Part shown: in pieces, positions 10,313 through 24,490 of the stretch
How the letters are laid out: every line of letters starts with the position of its first letter
Numbering within the stretch: the stretch's first letter is position 1
Assembly (NCBI GenBank): GCA_004764695.1
Contig: SMSO01000007.1
Location: 310,001 to 374,000 of the forward strand
Direction of reading: 5' to 3'
DNA: 64,000 bases
Source: Schizochytrium sp. TIO01
Taxonomy: Eukaryota > Protista > Bigyra: Labyrinthulomycetes
The notes under the pieces: generated by a model
Database searches by the model: none
Told to the model about the DNA's origin: nothing
Seen by the model: the letters and a program-made list of their open reading frames with translations, nothing else
Made by a program: the position numbers and the translations under genes

Positions 10313-10972
10313 TTCGAGGTCGCTCGAACCTGAGCAGCCCCTGCGGCCCTCTCGTGCCGTTGATTACGAGCTCGCTCACGGGCGACGTCATGCAATTAAT
10401 TACTGAATTCCACTTGGTCTCAGCCAGGTATCTGTCATCATGATCTCCCGAAGAACTCCAGCTTGCATCATCTCGAAGTCGCAGTTGCTCGTGGACAATT
10501 GAGGCAGCGCAAGCGACCTGATCCCATTTGCCTTGAGATGTCTTGCGTTGTCTTGTCTTGACACCAAGATGGTCGTGGGTTTTGTATTCCAATGGGACAA
10601 ACCTGCATGTGCAGGTATCAGCCGCGATATACAGATATAGCTAGCAAACAACGTGCCGGAAGCAACGAGGATCTCCGGCTTGCGATCACAGTCTCGAAGA
10701 CCGTCAGCGAAATTGGACTCGTTCCACGAACTGGCAAGCCTTCTGAACTGGGGGAGCCCCTCGTGCTCGCTCCAGAAGAGTTATCGAAGTTGACGGTGAC
10801 AATGCTGAAGAACTGATACTTGCTTACTTACTTACTTATTTATTTGCTACTAAGGACGCACACACCTAATTATTCATCCATCATGATACCTCCGTTTTAG
10901 TTTCTACAGTATATATCGATATCAACGTCGACGCGAGGTCTATGATTGCGAATCTTGAAGTTCGAGATGAAT
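10313..10972 (+). repeat. Left arm of ~650-bp diverged inverted repeat (partner 23297-23926)
   Basis: Collinear reverse-complement blocks, e.g. gattacgagctcgctcacgggcgacgtcatgcaattaatta, ttgtcttgtcttgacaccaaga, ggactcgttccacgaactggcaag, cgtcgacgcgaggtcta, gcgaatcttgaagttcgaga. Confidence 0.9.
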
Positions 10973-11346
10973 CCAACATAAAGATCAGCACGGTTCAAGG
11001 AATGAACTCGTGCGTGGCGACCCACCACCTCGTGTCATGTCCTTCCACCTCCAGCGATCAGAACTCTGGGACTCCGCGCATTTAACCCGAAGTTGTTGTT
11101 TATAATCTCTTTACAACTAAACATAGCATAGCCAATGCTGTAAAACCAAGTGACCTCTAGGTTGGTACATCTTGCGTCGATTGGCATTGGACACGCCGCA
11201 GCATTCTACGAACGAGTTCTGTGCTAAATTCACATTCTCTCTTAACTGAAAATAGGTCACAAACCACACTTCAGGATATCTCAGCAAACGAACAAACAAA
11301 CAACGTCGCACACCAGGACAGCAGCCCGACTGAGAAGTCCAAACTG

Positions 11347-11754
11347 ATGGCCATCGGGTCCCTCGTGTATTACATCACAGAAGCCGGCTACCCCTGCAAC
11401 TCGCCAAACAACGCCAAGAACTGCCCGATTCTCCACTTCAACGCCCGCAACTCAAACGCCGAGGACAACTATCCCTACTACCGCACAGGGTTCTTTGGGA
11501 AGCTCTTCCACAACCAGGTTCTGGACAGGTTCGCCTTCCACCAAGGCAGCGAGGCAGAAGGAGAAGAGGACCTCGTGCTCATTCGCGTGCTGTCGGACGA
11601 TCTCTGTGACAGAAACGAGTGCATCGACGTGCGCATCAGTGTCACGACCTACTACCTCGCTGCAAACACCAGCGTAAACGACGAGTTCTACCTCACAGAC
11701 GACCTTTATTCAGCGGGCGTGCTCTGGAGGTGGACCTGGAACCTCAGCGAATAA
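11347..11754 (+). CDS. Hypothetical protein (135 aa from first ATG)
   Basis: Open frame with C/G-ending codon bias; no motif recognised. Confidence 0.55.
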   Translation: MAIGSLVYYITEAGYPCNSPNNAKNCPILHFNARNSNAEDNYPYYRTGFFGKLFHNQVLDRFAFHQGSEAEGEEDLVLIRVLSDDLCDRNECIDVRISVTTYYLAANTSVNDEFYLTDDLYSAGVLWRWTWNLSE

Positions 11755-11779
11755 CTCCCCTCCCTCCCTAAAAAGAGTG

Positions 11780-11812
<33 letters not shown>

Positions 11813-11855
11813 AAATAAGAGAACCATAAACTTGCAAACGTGCCCCTTCCTTTCA

Positions 11856-12808
11856 TTAGTCTTTCTTGACCTTATCCTGCTTCGCGCGAAACTTCCGCTG
11901 CTTCAGAGCACGCTCCAGTGTGCTGAGGCTCTCGTCACGACGCAGGCGATCGGCTTCACGAGTGCCTTTCCTTAGCACCTTGTACGCAATAGCATCAAGC
12001 CTTTCTAAGAGTTCTGCTTGGTCAGCATAGGCCTTGGCCTGAGCTGCCTTTGCATTCGCCAAATTGAGCTCAGACATGCACTTCTGATGCTCTAAATTGA
12101 CATCATTCTTGTCTGCGGCCCTGCGCTCCTTGCCACCGGCTCCGCTGCCAGCACTAGACTTGGAGGAAGGGTCCGCCAAAGGAAACCTGTCGCGGAAGTC
12201 CAAGAGCCCCTCTCCCTTCCAGACAATATCTTCCAGGCTCGAATTAAAGAAGTTCGAGTTCAGCTCAATTCGTTTTATAATCGCACTCTCGTCTAGAGGC
12301 ACATTGCCATCTTCCGAGAAGTACACATCTCTGCTCGTTGCAGCCTCCCGGACCAGCTGATCCTTCACCTGCCTGAATTCAGAATTAGAATTCAATTCAT
12401 TAATCACCGAGTTCATATCTCTCACTCCGCGCGGCTGCTTTTTCGGCTGCTCGAGGGCAGCGTCTGCATGAGCCGGGACAGTTTCTCCAGTGCCATTTCC
12501 AAGCCCTTATCGAAGTTGGCCGCTTGGTGCGTTCGAACCAAGTAGCGCACGCGCGCCACCGCCCAGATTAGGCCATTGCGTCTGGCATGGTACAGAAGGA
12601 AACCTCCCAAAATCAGTGCGGCGCAAATTGCAGCAACCACCGAACCCACTACGGCCTCGTCCAGATCAACATTAGCACTGACGCACTCAACAGCATCAGC
12701 AGAGCTGCTCGGATCTCTATTGGTCAGCGTCATGACCAGCGCTGCCACAAATCCAGCTAAAATTGCAGCTGCGCCGATACCCAGGATTACCTTCAGGTGA
12801 GTCTTCAT
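11856..12808 (-). pseudogene. Probable single gene (2 TM helices, then coiled coil) split by a frameshift near 12430-12510
   Basis: ORF 12422..12871 (ATG 12808, two hydrophobic helices) overlaps ORF 11856..12425, whose frame stays open back to ~12506. Could be two genes or an assembly indel. Confidence 0.5.
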
Positions 12809-12992
12809 CGTGTGCCAGTGCCCCTCTTCAAACAAAAAAACAACAATCAAGCAAGACGGAAAGAACGTCAAACAACAAGGAAAACGCTAACCAAGTCCTC
12901 CAGCTCAATCTACTCCATGCCCAGAGAAAAAAAATCATCTTGTCTAGCCAGCAGAGACAAAGAGGATCCACAATCTAACCGTGCCCCGAACC

Positions 12993-14206
<1,214 letters not shown>

Positions 14207-14274
14207 AAATTAAAAATAAAATAAAAATGAAAAGAAATTCTTTTAATTTTAAATTGCTTTAAAGTGATTGAAGA

Positions 14275-15600
14275 TCACGAATCTTGATTATGTAAGGTCC
14301 GCACAAACGCAGAGCCAAACTCCCGTTCATAAATATCATGCACAATGGCCGATCGGGCTCCAGCATGGGAGAGTTGATGTGCATCCATATGAAAATAGTA
14401 TACCATGATATGCTCCAAAAGCTCACGAGACGGCCAGTCGCAAGTCTCACCGACGTGGGCATCTAATGTTCTCAACTCATAATCGATAGGAGTCGCGTCT
14501 ATGATGTCGAGCTTCACTGTATCAACTTCAAGAGCAATCTGCATGGGGTGGAAGGCAAGCCTGATGCTCTCCCGGATATAGTTCACTCTAAACATATGCG
14601 CAGGTGTCCCCTCATTCGAATATTGCTTGTAGATTCCATAGTCATCCATGGGTGCCGACAGAATGACGCCTTCTAACCACTCAAGGTACTCCTTGTAGTT
14701 ACACATATTGGTCCAAAATATGTTCAACAGAGCCTCTGCGCTATCCCTAAACTGTTTCGCCTCATTCCTTTCGGCTGTGGCGCGTATAATGCAGCTCAAT
14801 TCCGTGAACACAGTGTGCTGGTCGTCGAGGGAGCGATAGTTACCCAAGAACATGAAAAGCGTCATGTCCCAGTCATTGATAAAGTCAACGAGTTCCAAAT
14901 GAATACTCTTGGCTGGCGTGATTTGTCGCAGAGCAAGGTTATTGACCTGATCCATATCCGTATCTGGGTCTTCCAGAAGATTTTGAAGTTCCTCAACCAC
15001 GCTTTCGATAATGCTAGCACATTCCCGCATCTGGGGCTGGATGATGTGCTCGTACAATTGCTGTCCAATGAAAGCAAACGAAGTCAGGTAGCTCTTGTGA
15101 ATCGTACGATAGCATATCCGGAATTCTCTGGAGATCCGTTCAGTAGTCCTGATTGGGGCTTCTTCGAAGCACCTCTGCAAGGAAAGAGCAGAGGACTGGG
15201 CGTCCCTCACCATGGCTGAATATTTGCGTGCTAATCCGAAGATGCTGGCGTGCAATTGCTGTAATTCTTGTATGGCACCATTTATAGTATGTGCCACTAA
15301 GTTTCGACGAAATCCAAGCGCGGACAATGATATTCCCCTAATGTTGTTCTCCCTGTGCAGGGGGCGACTCAGCTTGGCCGCGCCCTCGTCTGGCGAGTCA
15401 TGATCTTCGCGCCTGTTGGAGAGTCGGTGCGAGACACTCTGGCGGAGCCCACGGATTGAGAGGCGCTTCATTGCTTTTTCGTGCAAACGACAGAGTCTCC
15501 TCTTCTACAATTTGACGAGGGGAGGTGGCTTGCGAGGGCGTCTGAGCTGGGTATTTGCCTTTCTCTGGTTTTGATTTTGGCCTTTGGCCATGATTCTCAT
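14275..15600 (-). CDS. Hypothetical helical protein (~400 aa); upstream in-frame ATGs are separated by one TAG
   Basis: 403-codon open frame 14275..15486. ATG 15600/15591 are in frame but a TAG lies at 15507-15505. Confidence 0.55.
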
Positions 15601-15780
15601 CTGAGTAGGTCAGAAACGTAGGAGTTTACAAACAAACGAGCCCAAAAAATCTTACTGTTATGCAATGTGAACCCTTTCTTTTTTCTTTCTACCTTTCAAT
15701 AACAACAATCATACAAAGAATCGAGAAAACTAAAAAACAAGATAAAAAACTTTTCATTAAACAGGAAGGGCTAAACAGCC

Positions 15781-16500
15781 ATGGAGAGAGGGATGCAAGC
15801 ATTATCCGAGATTGAGAATGTAGTGACCTCTGATAAGTCGTACGATACAAGCTCAGTCGTGCTGCAAGTGGTTCTGGTAGTTTCGCTGCTCTGCGTGACA
15901 GGTTTTCTTATGTATTTCACTAAGCTCTGTCTGGCCGCAATCGAGCAGGATGGAAATGCCTCTGGTTCTGAGACTGGCGGCGACGATCGGCTGATTGGCC
16001 CTTTTATGATCTTGTCAGGCGTCTCTCTCACCCAAATCTCCTATACCCAGGAAGGAGCATGTTCATATATTGGGTGTGTTACTGGTTCCCCTAGAATATG
16101 CTACGATTGGTATGCATTTCTGGGGTACGTTTGGCTGCAGACTTGTTGCTTCTGGGGCTCCCTTAAACATCAAACTCAGGGCCGCGGCCTGTATAGGATA
16201 TATCGGTATAATGTTCACTGCGAGCTTGCAGGTGTGCACTGGATCTACTGCTACCAGAACCCGCGGAGGGGATCTTTTCTGGCTGTTGCTGCGCCTGACT
16301 TTACTTCCAACACTCATCTCATATTCTATGTTGACCACACAGAAGACAGCTTGAAGGAGGACCCCGTCTTGGAAGAGGCTACCTCCAAGGCGGCGCATTT
16401 GCGAAACTCGTAAACTTCTGTCGAGCAATTACAACGATTTCACGCGCCACGACTCGGTTCCGCTAGGTAGGGTACTTAGATTGAAGAAAAGTAGGTAAGA
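15781..16500 (+). pseudogene. Frameshifted multi-TM protein
   Basis: TM-like character moves from frame 15781 to frame 16070..16354 near 16040-16070. Confidence 0.4.
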
Positions 16501-17380
16501 TTTTCTTTTAATTTTCTTTCAATTTTCTCCCTGGAGGGAGAAGGTAGGTAAATTTTTTGCTGCGATGCGCTGCGCAGTGCCGCCCGATTTGAACCTCGCA
16601 ATGGCCAAATTCCTTGATGAAAGGCGCCCAAAAAGAAAAACTCTTTCCAATTTAAGACGTAGTACTATTCAAAGGTACTACATTACCACGGATCTTTCAT
16701 GGGCTATACAGTTGCATTGAGCTTTCACGTGCTTTATTTGGGCCTTTCTTCCTACTTGGACTACCGCGATGGTCTCTCCAGTCTGAGAGTTCTAGTCACT
16801 CCCCATTTCATGTGAAAGAATATCCAGTAGCGATTGTTCTTTCATGGATAATTGTGTCAACTTCCAATCCTGTTCCTGATAACTTCCAGTTTTGGTCATC
16901 AGAAAATCAAATATTCGACTATCAAGAACGAAGCCTCTCTTTTTGATTTACTATCATTGTGGAATAGAAAATTTCTTCAGAGCGTTAACTCTTCTTCTCA
17001 GGATTTCTATCGAGGAAGGATGACAAGTCAGATCAGCAGCAACGGCGGCGCCTGAGAGTAGAGGCACGGCAGCATAAAAGGGTGAACCTGATGACCCCTT
17101 TTTACTATTATAACAACCCTTCAGAGCAGCTTGCGCGATCCGCAGCGATGCTAGGAATTGACTGGTCGGTCCGTCGCCGCATAATTGCTCTTGTTTTAAT
17201 GTCCCTTTTTTTCATTGTGGTCGGTTTACTGCTCTCGCGGTATTCTTGATTTGTTTCCCCTTTTCAGCAACTTTATAAATATACAAAATTTTCAAAAGGA
17301 ATAAGATTTCAAATAAAAATGAATTTAAAAAAGAAAAATTGTAATTAACTTTTTAAGAAGAAAAGGAGGAAAGGAACCTT

Positions 17381-17764
17381 TCATTTAAGGAGGGAAGGAT
17401 CGAAGCCGATACGCCTATAGTCCTCGTCGCTTTTGATGTTAAGGAGGGAGGGATCGAAGCCGATACGCTTACAGTCCTCGTCGCTTTCGATGCCGTATGC
17501 CTGCCCGATTATCGACCACGTGCGTTCGAATTCAGGGTTATCAAATATGCTTTCCCGCCGTCTGAAGTCGTCCACGGTCGCTTGGGGGTCCCGCATAGCT
17601 GGAGGCACGTAACGAGTGTAGTCAGGGAACCTCTTTGCGGTCAACTCATTCAATTCCTTGAACGTCGCAGTAATTCTTTGGAGGGCCTCACACATCTCAG
17701 CATCATCATATTTCCTCTGAGCCTTCGGCACCGGCACCACCTTCCTTGTGGTCATGGGTTTCAT
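17381..17764 (-). CDS. Small orphan protein, variant 1 (127 aa, C-terminal 18-aa tandem repeat)
   Basis: Intact ATG-to-stop; shares VPKAQRKYDDAEM, MRDPQA and IF..PEF.R with 19492..19857. Confidence 0.6.
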   Translation of the reverse strand: MKPMTTRKVVPVPKAQRKYDDAEMCEALQRITATFKELNELTAKRFPDYTRYVPPAMRDPQATVDDFRRRESIFDNPEFERTWSIIGQAYGIESDEDCKRIGFDPSLLNIKSDEDYRRIGFDPSLLK

Positions 17765-18927
17765 CCTTCTTCTTTACCTGTACTTGCAAAGCTTCTTGAG
17801 GTTTCGGGTTTGGAGTTTGCACGTGCTGTATTTTCGGTGTCCTGAGTCTCGCTCCCTGCCAGGCTAGGGTTTTCCTTAGAAAGTGCTTACACCAGTAGAG
17901 TACTATCATAGTATTCGTTAGCAGCCCGCATCGTCCCTGATTTCGAGTATCAGTGAGCTGGAGGAGACAGATTCAGTTTGTTGGAGTGTGGTTTCTTCGT
18001 TTTACTGATCAGGATCGATTGCAGAAGGAACTGGACATTGCTGCGGTCTGAAAATGAATAGCTTCAATAAGATCACCGATTTCCACTTACCCAAGTCAGT
18101 TTTGATGTCTAGAACTTCATCAAGCGACCTTTGAAAATCCTCGAAACATGGCCCGGAAGAAATTTCCGTCGGATCATACGCAAGTATATGTCTTTGCACA
18201 AAATCCACAGTCAATGTGAATCTTGTAAAATCGGGAAAAGGACAAGCTTTGCGCCAGGAAGCAATTGATATTGCAAATGAGCAATTAGACGTAGTATTCC
18301 GAAAGTTATAGCCACTTCGTGCATTAGGACATCTACACTCCCGTTCAAGTATGAGCTATGTTCTTTCGAAGGAGCTACTTCTCTAGCTTGTTCAGGTTTC
18401 ATCCAGGTGTCCTTTTCTACATCAAGATGTGTCTCACAGCGTGGACAATAGATCGTATTTTTCATTGAAGAAAACCTCTTAGTAGGGTACCAAAGTCCGG
18501 CAGCTCTTTCTCAGCACCTACAGGCCATCTGGGCGCAACTTTCGAAATTACCCGTATCAAATCTTTTTCAAGCCTGTGGAGAGTTAGAAATATGCGAAAC
18601 CTCTTTAATGCATTCGACTATAATTTTTTCTTTCATAATCCGTAATGTCTAAAGTCTTTCCTCGCTTCGTTCATCTCCCTCATATTCGTGTTCGGGCTCC
18701 TCGTTAAGATCTCTTTCGATCCCAATTTGATCAAGGAAAGGTTCCAAAATAATTTGATTCTTCAGCATTTGGATTGATGGTTTCATTTCGAGAACGTTTT
18801 GAACCTGCGCCACGAGGTTTGGCTATTAATTATCTTGGTCTTGATGATCTCTTCTACAGTCTTCCTCACTTTGAAGATGTATGGGTTTGAAGCTTTTACC
18901 GTTCAACTCCTCCAATCCAACTCGCAT
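17761..18927 (-). pseudogene. Disabled orphan gene with a CPRC motif (copy 1)
   Basis: Coding-like fragments with several stops and frameshifts. The final TGA overlaps the ATG of 17381..17764. Confidence 0.5.
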
Positions 18928-19179
18928 GAGTGACTCGGCGTCTAGTTTACAAGCAATATATTAGAAGACTAGATAGCGAACTTTCAGGTCAGTGGAATGC
19001 GAGGCAGTTAAATCACAGTGACGTAAGAGGGAACAGAAAGCTTTTCTTAGACAGAGAATGAAATTCAAAAGAAAGAAGCTTAGACTTTCCAAGTCTCTCT
19101 TTTTGAATTACTATCATTGTGGAATAGAAAATTTCTTCAGAGCGTTAATTCTTCTTCTCAGGATTTCTGTCGGGGAAGG

Positions 19180-19419
19180 ATGACAAGTCAGATCAGCACG
19201 GCGAATGCAGCAACAACGACGCCTGAGAGTGGAGGCGCGGCAGCAAACAAGGGTGAACCCGATGACCCCTTTTACTATTACAACAACCCTTCAGAGCAGC
19301 TTGCACGGTCCGCGGCGATGTTAGGAATTGACTGGGCGGTCCGGCGCCGCATAATCGCTCTTGTTTTAATGTCCCTTTTTTTCATTGTGGTCGGTTTATT
19401 ACTCTCGCGTTATGCTTGA
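19180..19419 (+). CDS. Small tail-anchored-like protein (79 aa); the copy at 17020-17249 is frameshifted
   Basis: MTSQIS...RRRIIALVLMSLFFIVVGLLLSRYA with a C-terminal TM helix. May be the 3' remnant of a longer decayed gene starting ~16600. Confidence 0.45.
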   Translation: MTSQISTANAATTTPESGGAAANKGEPDDPFYYYNNPSEQLARSAAMLGIDWAVRRRIIALVLMSLFFIVVGLLLSRYA

Positions 19420-19491
19420 TTTGTTTTCCTTTTAAGTAGTAGCTTAAAAAATAAGAAATGAATCTAAAATTAAAAAAATGAAATTGACTTT

Positions 19492-19857
19492 TTAAGAGAA
19501 AGAGGAAAGGAACTCCTGTTTGTCCTCGGGGTAAACAGGGCGTGTAATGGTAAGGTCAAAATCGTCCGGGAGTTCGAAGAGGTGATACTTTTTATTGACT
19601 TCCTCCGTAATGCGCACGAACTCAGGGTCTTCAAAGATGCGTTCCCTGTTCTTCATGGCGTTCACGGCCGCTTGGGGGTCCCGCATAATCTCAGGCACGA
19701 CAAGGGGGCGGTTAAGAATTCTCTCCATCTCCCGATTCGATTCTTCGACCTCGTCCGCAATTCTCTTGAGGAGCGCAGCCATCTCCGCATCATCATACTT
19801 CCTCTGAGCCTTCGGCACCAGCTTCACCTCCTCCATGTCAATCTCAATGCGTCTCAT
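19492..19857 (-). CDS. Small orphan protein, variant 2 (121 aa)
   Basis: Intact paralog of 17381..17764. Confidence 0.6.
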   Translation of the reverse strand: MRRIEIDMEEVKLVPKAQRKYDDAEMAALLKRIADEVEESNREMERILNRPLVVPEIMRDPQAAVNAMKNRERIFEDPEFVRITEEVNKKYHLFELPDDFDLTITRPVYPEDKQEFLSSFS

Positions 19858-20987
19858 CCTTCTTCTTTACCTGTACTTGCAAAGCTTCTTGAGGTTTCGG
19901 GTTTGGAGTTTGCACGTGCTGTATTTTCGGGGCCCTGAGTCTCGCTCCCGGCCAAGCTAGGGTTTTCCTTAGAAAGTGCTTTCACCAGTAGAGTACTATC
20001 ATAGTATTCGTTAGCAGCCCGCATCGTCCCTGATTTCGAGTATCAGTGGGCTGGAGAAGACAGATTCAGTTCGTTGGAGTGTAGTTTCTTCGTTTTACTG
20101 ATCAGGATCGATTGCAGAAGGAACTGGACATTGCCGCGGTCTGAAAATGAATAGCTTCAATAAGATCACCGATTTCCACTTACCCAAGTCAGTTTTGATG
20201 TCTAGAACTTCATCAAGCGACCTTTGAAAATCCTCGAAACATGGCCCGGAAGAAATTTCCGTCGGATCATACGCAAGTATATGTCTTTGCACAAAATCCA
20301 CAGTCAATGTGAATCTTGTAAAACCAGGAAAAGGACAAGCTTTGCGCCAGGAAGCAATTGATCTTGTAATGAGCAATTAGACGTGGTATTCCGAAAGTTC
20401 TCCCGTTCAAGTATGAGCTATGTTCTTTCGAAGAAGCTACTTCTCTAGCTTGTTCAGGTTTCATCCAGGTGTCATTTTCTACATCAGGATGTGTCTCACA
20501 GCGTGGACAATAAATCGTATTTTTCATAAAAGGAAACCTTTTAGTAGGGTACCAAAGTCCGGTAGCTCTTTCTCAGCACCTACAGGCCATCTGGGCGCAA
20601 CTTTCGAAATTACCCGTATCAAATCTTTTTCAAGCCTGTGGAGAGTTAGAAATGTGCGAAACCTCTTTAATGCATTCGACTATAAATTTTCTTTCATAAT
20701 CCGTAATGTCAAAGTCTTTCCTCGCTTCGTTCATCTCCCTCATATTCGTGTTCAGGCTCCTCGTTACGATCTCTTTCGATCCCAATTTGATCAAGGAAAG
20801 GTTCCAAAATAATTTAATTCTTCAGCATTTGGATTGATGGTTCCATTTCGAGAACGTTTTGAACCTGCGCCACGAGGTTTGGCTATTAATTACCTTGGTC
20901 TTGATGATCTCTTCTACAGTCTTCCTCACTTTGAAGGTGTATGGGTTTGGAGCTTTTAACGTTCAACTCCTCCAATCCAACTCGCAT
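19854..20987 (-). pseudogene. Disabled orphan gene with a CPRC motif (copy 2)
   Basis: Near-identical to 17761-18927 with a ~33-bp deletion. Confidence 0.5.
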
Positions 20988-21279
20988 GAGTGACTCGGCG
21001 TCTAGTTTACAAGCAATATATTAGAAGACTAGATAGCGAACTTTCAGGTCAGTGGAATGCGAGGCAGTTAAATCACAGTGACGTAAGAGGGAACAGAAAG
21101 ATTTTCTTAGACAGAAAATGGAATCAAAAATTGGAAATGTAATTCAACTTTCTAAATTTATCCTCTAATCTACACCGAGACTTTGAGTGGTTGTGTTACC
21201 TAGAGGCAGAAGTAATTTTATAAGTACTTAATAATAAAATTACCCTTTTAAAAATAAAATTTGACTGGTACACATAGAA

Positions 21280-22632
21280 TGTGTCGTCTATGCAGAATCC
21301 ATACAATTTTTTTCCGGGTTTTGCTTGGCAAATAAATTACACAGGCAGCAGGCGACATCCTGCTTCTCCAAGGAAGACGATGCCTTGGCGAGCACCGATT
21401 CTTGCTCCAACTCACACCACTACGTACCTTGCGGGCTTTTCTCTGGTTGTGACGATGCAAATTTCCAGGCAGACCAGCAGGCCTTTTCCCTTGCCTCGAA
21501 TGCGTGTGACAGATCTCCGATGGGGGTGACCAATTTCTGCTTGGCGATGTCTGTGGCCAGTGCGATTTACAATGGGCCCTATCCTGGCTGCTCGGCGCGC
21601 GGGGGGAATGCCTCTCTTTGTCTAGGAGGGCCAAGACTGCTCCAATGTGAATACAAGCTTGCTCGTGCACGGCGGCTTTGGCAATGTGGTCGGCACAGAA
21701 GGTCAGATCACTGTCAACAGCTGCAGCGCCGAAGAACTTACAACGGGCAAGTGCATTGCGAATAAAGATGACTATGAAGCGGCGTACCCCGTGGAGTGTC
21801 TTTCCACGGCGCATCACTTGCGCAAAAAGATGTTGGCAAGTTACTTGCAGGGATGCATCGACGTGGACAGTGTCCAATCCTGCTTCTGTAGTTCTGGAGG
21901 AGAATGCCCTCCGGGATCCTGCGGACTATTTTTGACTGCGACCCGGATACCGAGCTCTGCAACGACACATCTGTGAGTGCGCCGGCGGGCAAGTGCGCCA
22001 ACTCCTTCGAAGACTGTGATGACCCTGACTATCTAGCCGATTTGCACCTTGCTCGGGTACAAATGCTAACGGAGTACGACAACTGGAAAGAAAGCAATGG
22101 TTGGAGCTCTCTCTACTTGACAATTGGCGTGTACATTAAAATCTTGGTCGTGCTGGCGGTCCTGGAGCTGAGATACCAACACGAGCAGCAGCCCTCTCTC
22201 CTGAAGCCTCTCACGGAGGCGCGGTCTCCATTTGGGATCTACCTGGTGGCGAATGTTCTGATTGGCGTGTTGATCGCAGCGGCAGGCCCCCCTTTCGGGA
22301 TCATGGGCATGGCTTATAGCATGTCGCCCTTGTACGGCGGCGACTCGACGCTCAGGGCCAATTACCCCTTCATCGAGGACTTTGGCACGACCAAGGGCAA
22401 GGCAACTGCCTGGTTTATGGTCTCGCTGATGGCTCTTGTTTTCTGGTTGATCTTATTCTTTCAGAACCGCAGCCTGCCTGCCTCGATGACCGCAGCCTGA
22501 CGCAAACAGTCTGCTCAGGAGCAGGATGCGCAGCGGAAAAGGGAGCTGCTCAGTCGTGCTCTAGCTCAGCTCAGGTCTCGAGGGAGTCCCAAGGCGCGGC
22601 AACTTCTCAAGCAAGAAGCAACTCAACAGTGA
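21280..22632 (+). pseudogene. Cys-rich extracellular region plus ~3 C-terminal TM helices, frameshifted
   Basis: Coding signal passes through ORFs 21325, 21647 and 21904. In-frame TGA at 22498 is followed by a coding-like tail to TGA 22632. Confidence 0.7.
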
Positions 22633-23296
22633 GTACACACCAATTGAGTTATTCCGCCTATTCTTTTAAATTAAATTAGTTCCATCTAAAAATAAACAAA
22701 AAACCACTGCAAGAAAGAAAGAAAGAAAGAAACAAAAATGTTTTTGGCCCATTTCCTTCCTCGTAGTAATTGCCTTTTGTTTCATTTCAAAGTTTCTAAA
22801 CCATTTCTTAAGGGTGGAGGTTCACTTCAATACCCCTCAATGGTTGTTCCCCGAACAGCGCGCTCTGCAAAGCTGCTAAAGGTGCAGACAGGAAGGTCTG
22901 TTATGTTAAACTGAAAAAGGAAGCCGCGTTTTGATGTTTCTTTCTTTTAAATGAAAAGGTTCTTGGTCTTAAAAATCTCTTCAGGGCGAACAGAAAACAG
23001 TGAACAGTAAAGGAAAAGGTCACATCTTAAAAGGCATTTACTTACTTGCAGCTTGAGCAGCACTTGGCGCCTGTTTGAGGAGTTTCTTCGACCTCGCGTT
23101 GTCAGTTCCAGTGGCGCGGCCAATCAGAATGAACAGCATAGCCATCCAGAATGGCCATTGCTGCACAATTGGAAAGAAGATGACGGTCACGTCAACAATC
23201 AATCAATCAATCAATCAATCACCTCTTTGATGGAGAAGCACGCAAAACTCTCGAAGAGGGAAAGCGCCATGACAGTGGAGACGCCGCAGGACATAA

Positions 23297-23926
23297 ATGC
23301 GTCTCGAACTTCAAGATTCGCATCGTAGACCTCGCGTCGACGGTGATATCGATGCACTGTAGAAACAAACCAAAACGGAGGTACCATGATGCCGGAATAA
23401 TTGGGTGTGTAAGCAAAGAACTCACGTACAAGTATCAGTTCTTCAGCATTGCCGCCGTCAACTTCGATCGCTCTTCTGGAGCGAGCACGAGGGGCTCCTC
23501 CAGTTCAGAAGACTTGCCAGTTCGTGGAACGAGTCCAATTGCGCTGACGGCCTTCGAGACCGTGATCGCAAAGGTTTGCCCATTGGGCGGGGTTCACAAA
23601 ACCCACGACCGTCTTGGTGTCAAGACAAGACAACGCAAGACAACGCAAGACAACGCAAGACATCTCAAGCAAGGCAAATGTGATCAGGTCGCTTGCGCCG
23701 CCTCAATCGTCCGCGAGCAAGTTCGAGAGCTGCGACTTGGAGAAAGATGACGCAAGATGGAGTTCTTCTGGAGATAGATCTCGATGAAAGATGCATGTGG
23801 GACCAGGTGGCAATAATATTAATTAATTGATTAATTAATTAATTGCATGACGTCGCCCGTGAGCGAGCTCGTAATCAGCGGCACGGGCTGGCTGCTCAGG
23901 TTCATGCTGCGAGCGACGACCTCGAA
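23297..23926 (-). repeat. Right arm of the inverted repeat (partner 10313-10972)
   Basis: Reverse complement of the left arm with indels; (AGACAACGCA)3 expansion. Confidence 0.9.
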
Positions 23927-24490
23927 GAAGTCGAGGCAGCGACAGCATCGTTGTCGCTCGAGGCACCAACTTCTGTAGGGTATGATCCGAGCAGTTTTCG
24001 CAGTTTTCTGTTCGAGAATCGCGTGGGAATTCCGTGGAATTGGCGATTCTGCTAGGAAGGCGGTAGGCACTGCTAGCACCGCGCAGGAGGAGGCTTGCGG
24101 GAACACCGCTCGAGCAGTCCAGCTATAGCTAGCGATGGGCACGCTCGCGCTTAGGGCTGGGGCCATGGGGCGCCACGGCAGAGCTCGAAGATTGGCCGGC
24201 GGGGCCAGTTTGGCGGCGTGGAAGAACCTCTGGCTGGAGTAGAGGCAGGAGAGCTTGTGGATGCATCTGTAGATCAAAGCACTTGGGAAATCAACACTAG
24301 GTACTGTGGCGATACAAAGAAGAACCCAACTCGCAGCAAAACCCGAACTCGCGGAGGCGATCGAAGCAGCGAAGAGAAAGGGAGAGCTAGGTTGCTTGCG
24401 TACATTGTCAAGGCTCTAAGCAGCTGTCTGAGACACGCCGTTGAATTGCAAACCAATTGATCGCTGGCAATATCTGCGCGAGAGAGGAAT

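Larger units (their letters stand above)
16931..21130. repeat. Tandem duplication, unit ~2.1 kb (16931-19090; 19091-~21130)
   Basis: Long near-identical runs, e.g. 17757-18250 vs 19854-20350 and 18470-19060 vs 20530-21120. Confidence 0.95.

Noticed and set aside
6403-10592. ORFs overlapping the tRNA copies (e.g. 6403..6594, 7416..7634, 8054..8314, 8367..8591, 10131..10592)
   Set aside because: Spurious translations of tRNA and repeat sequence.
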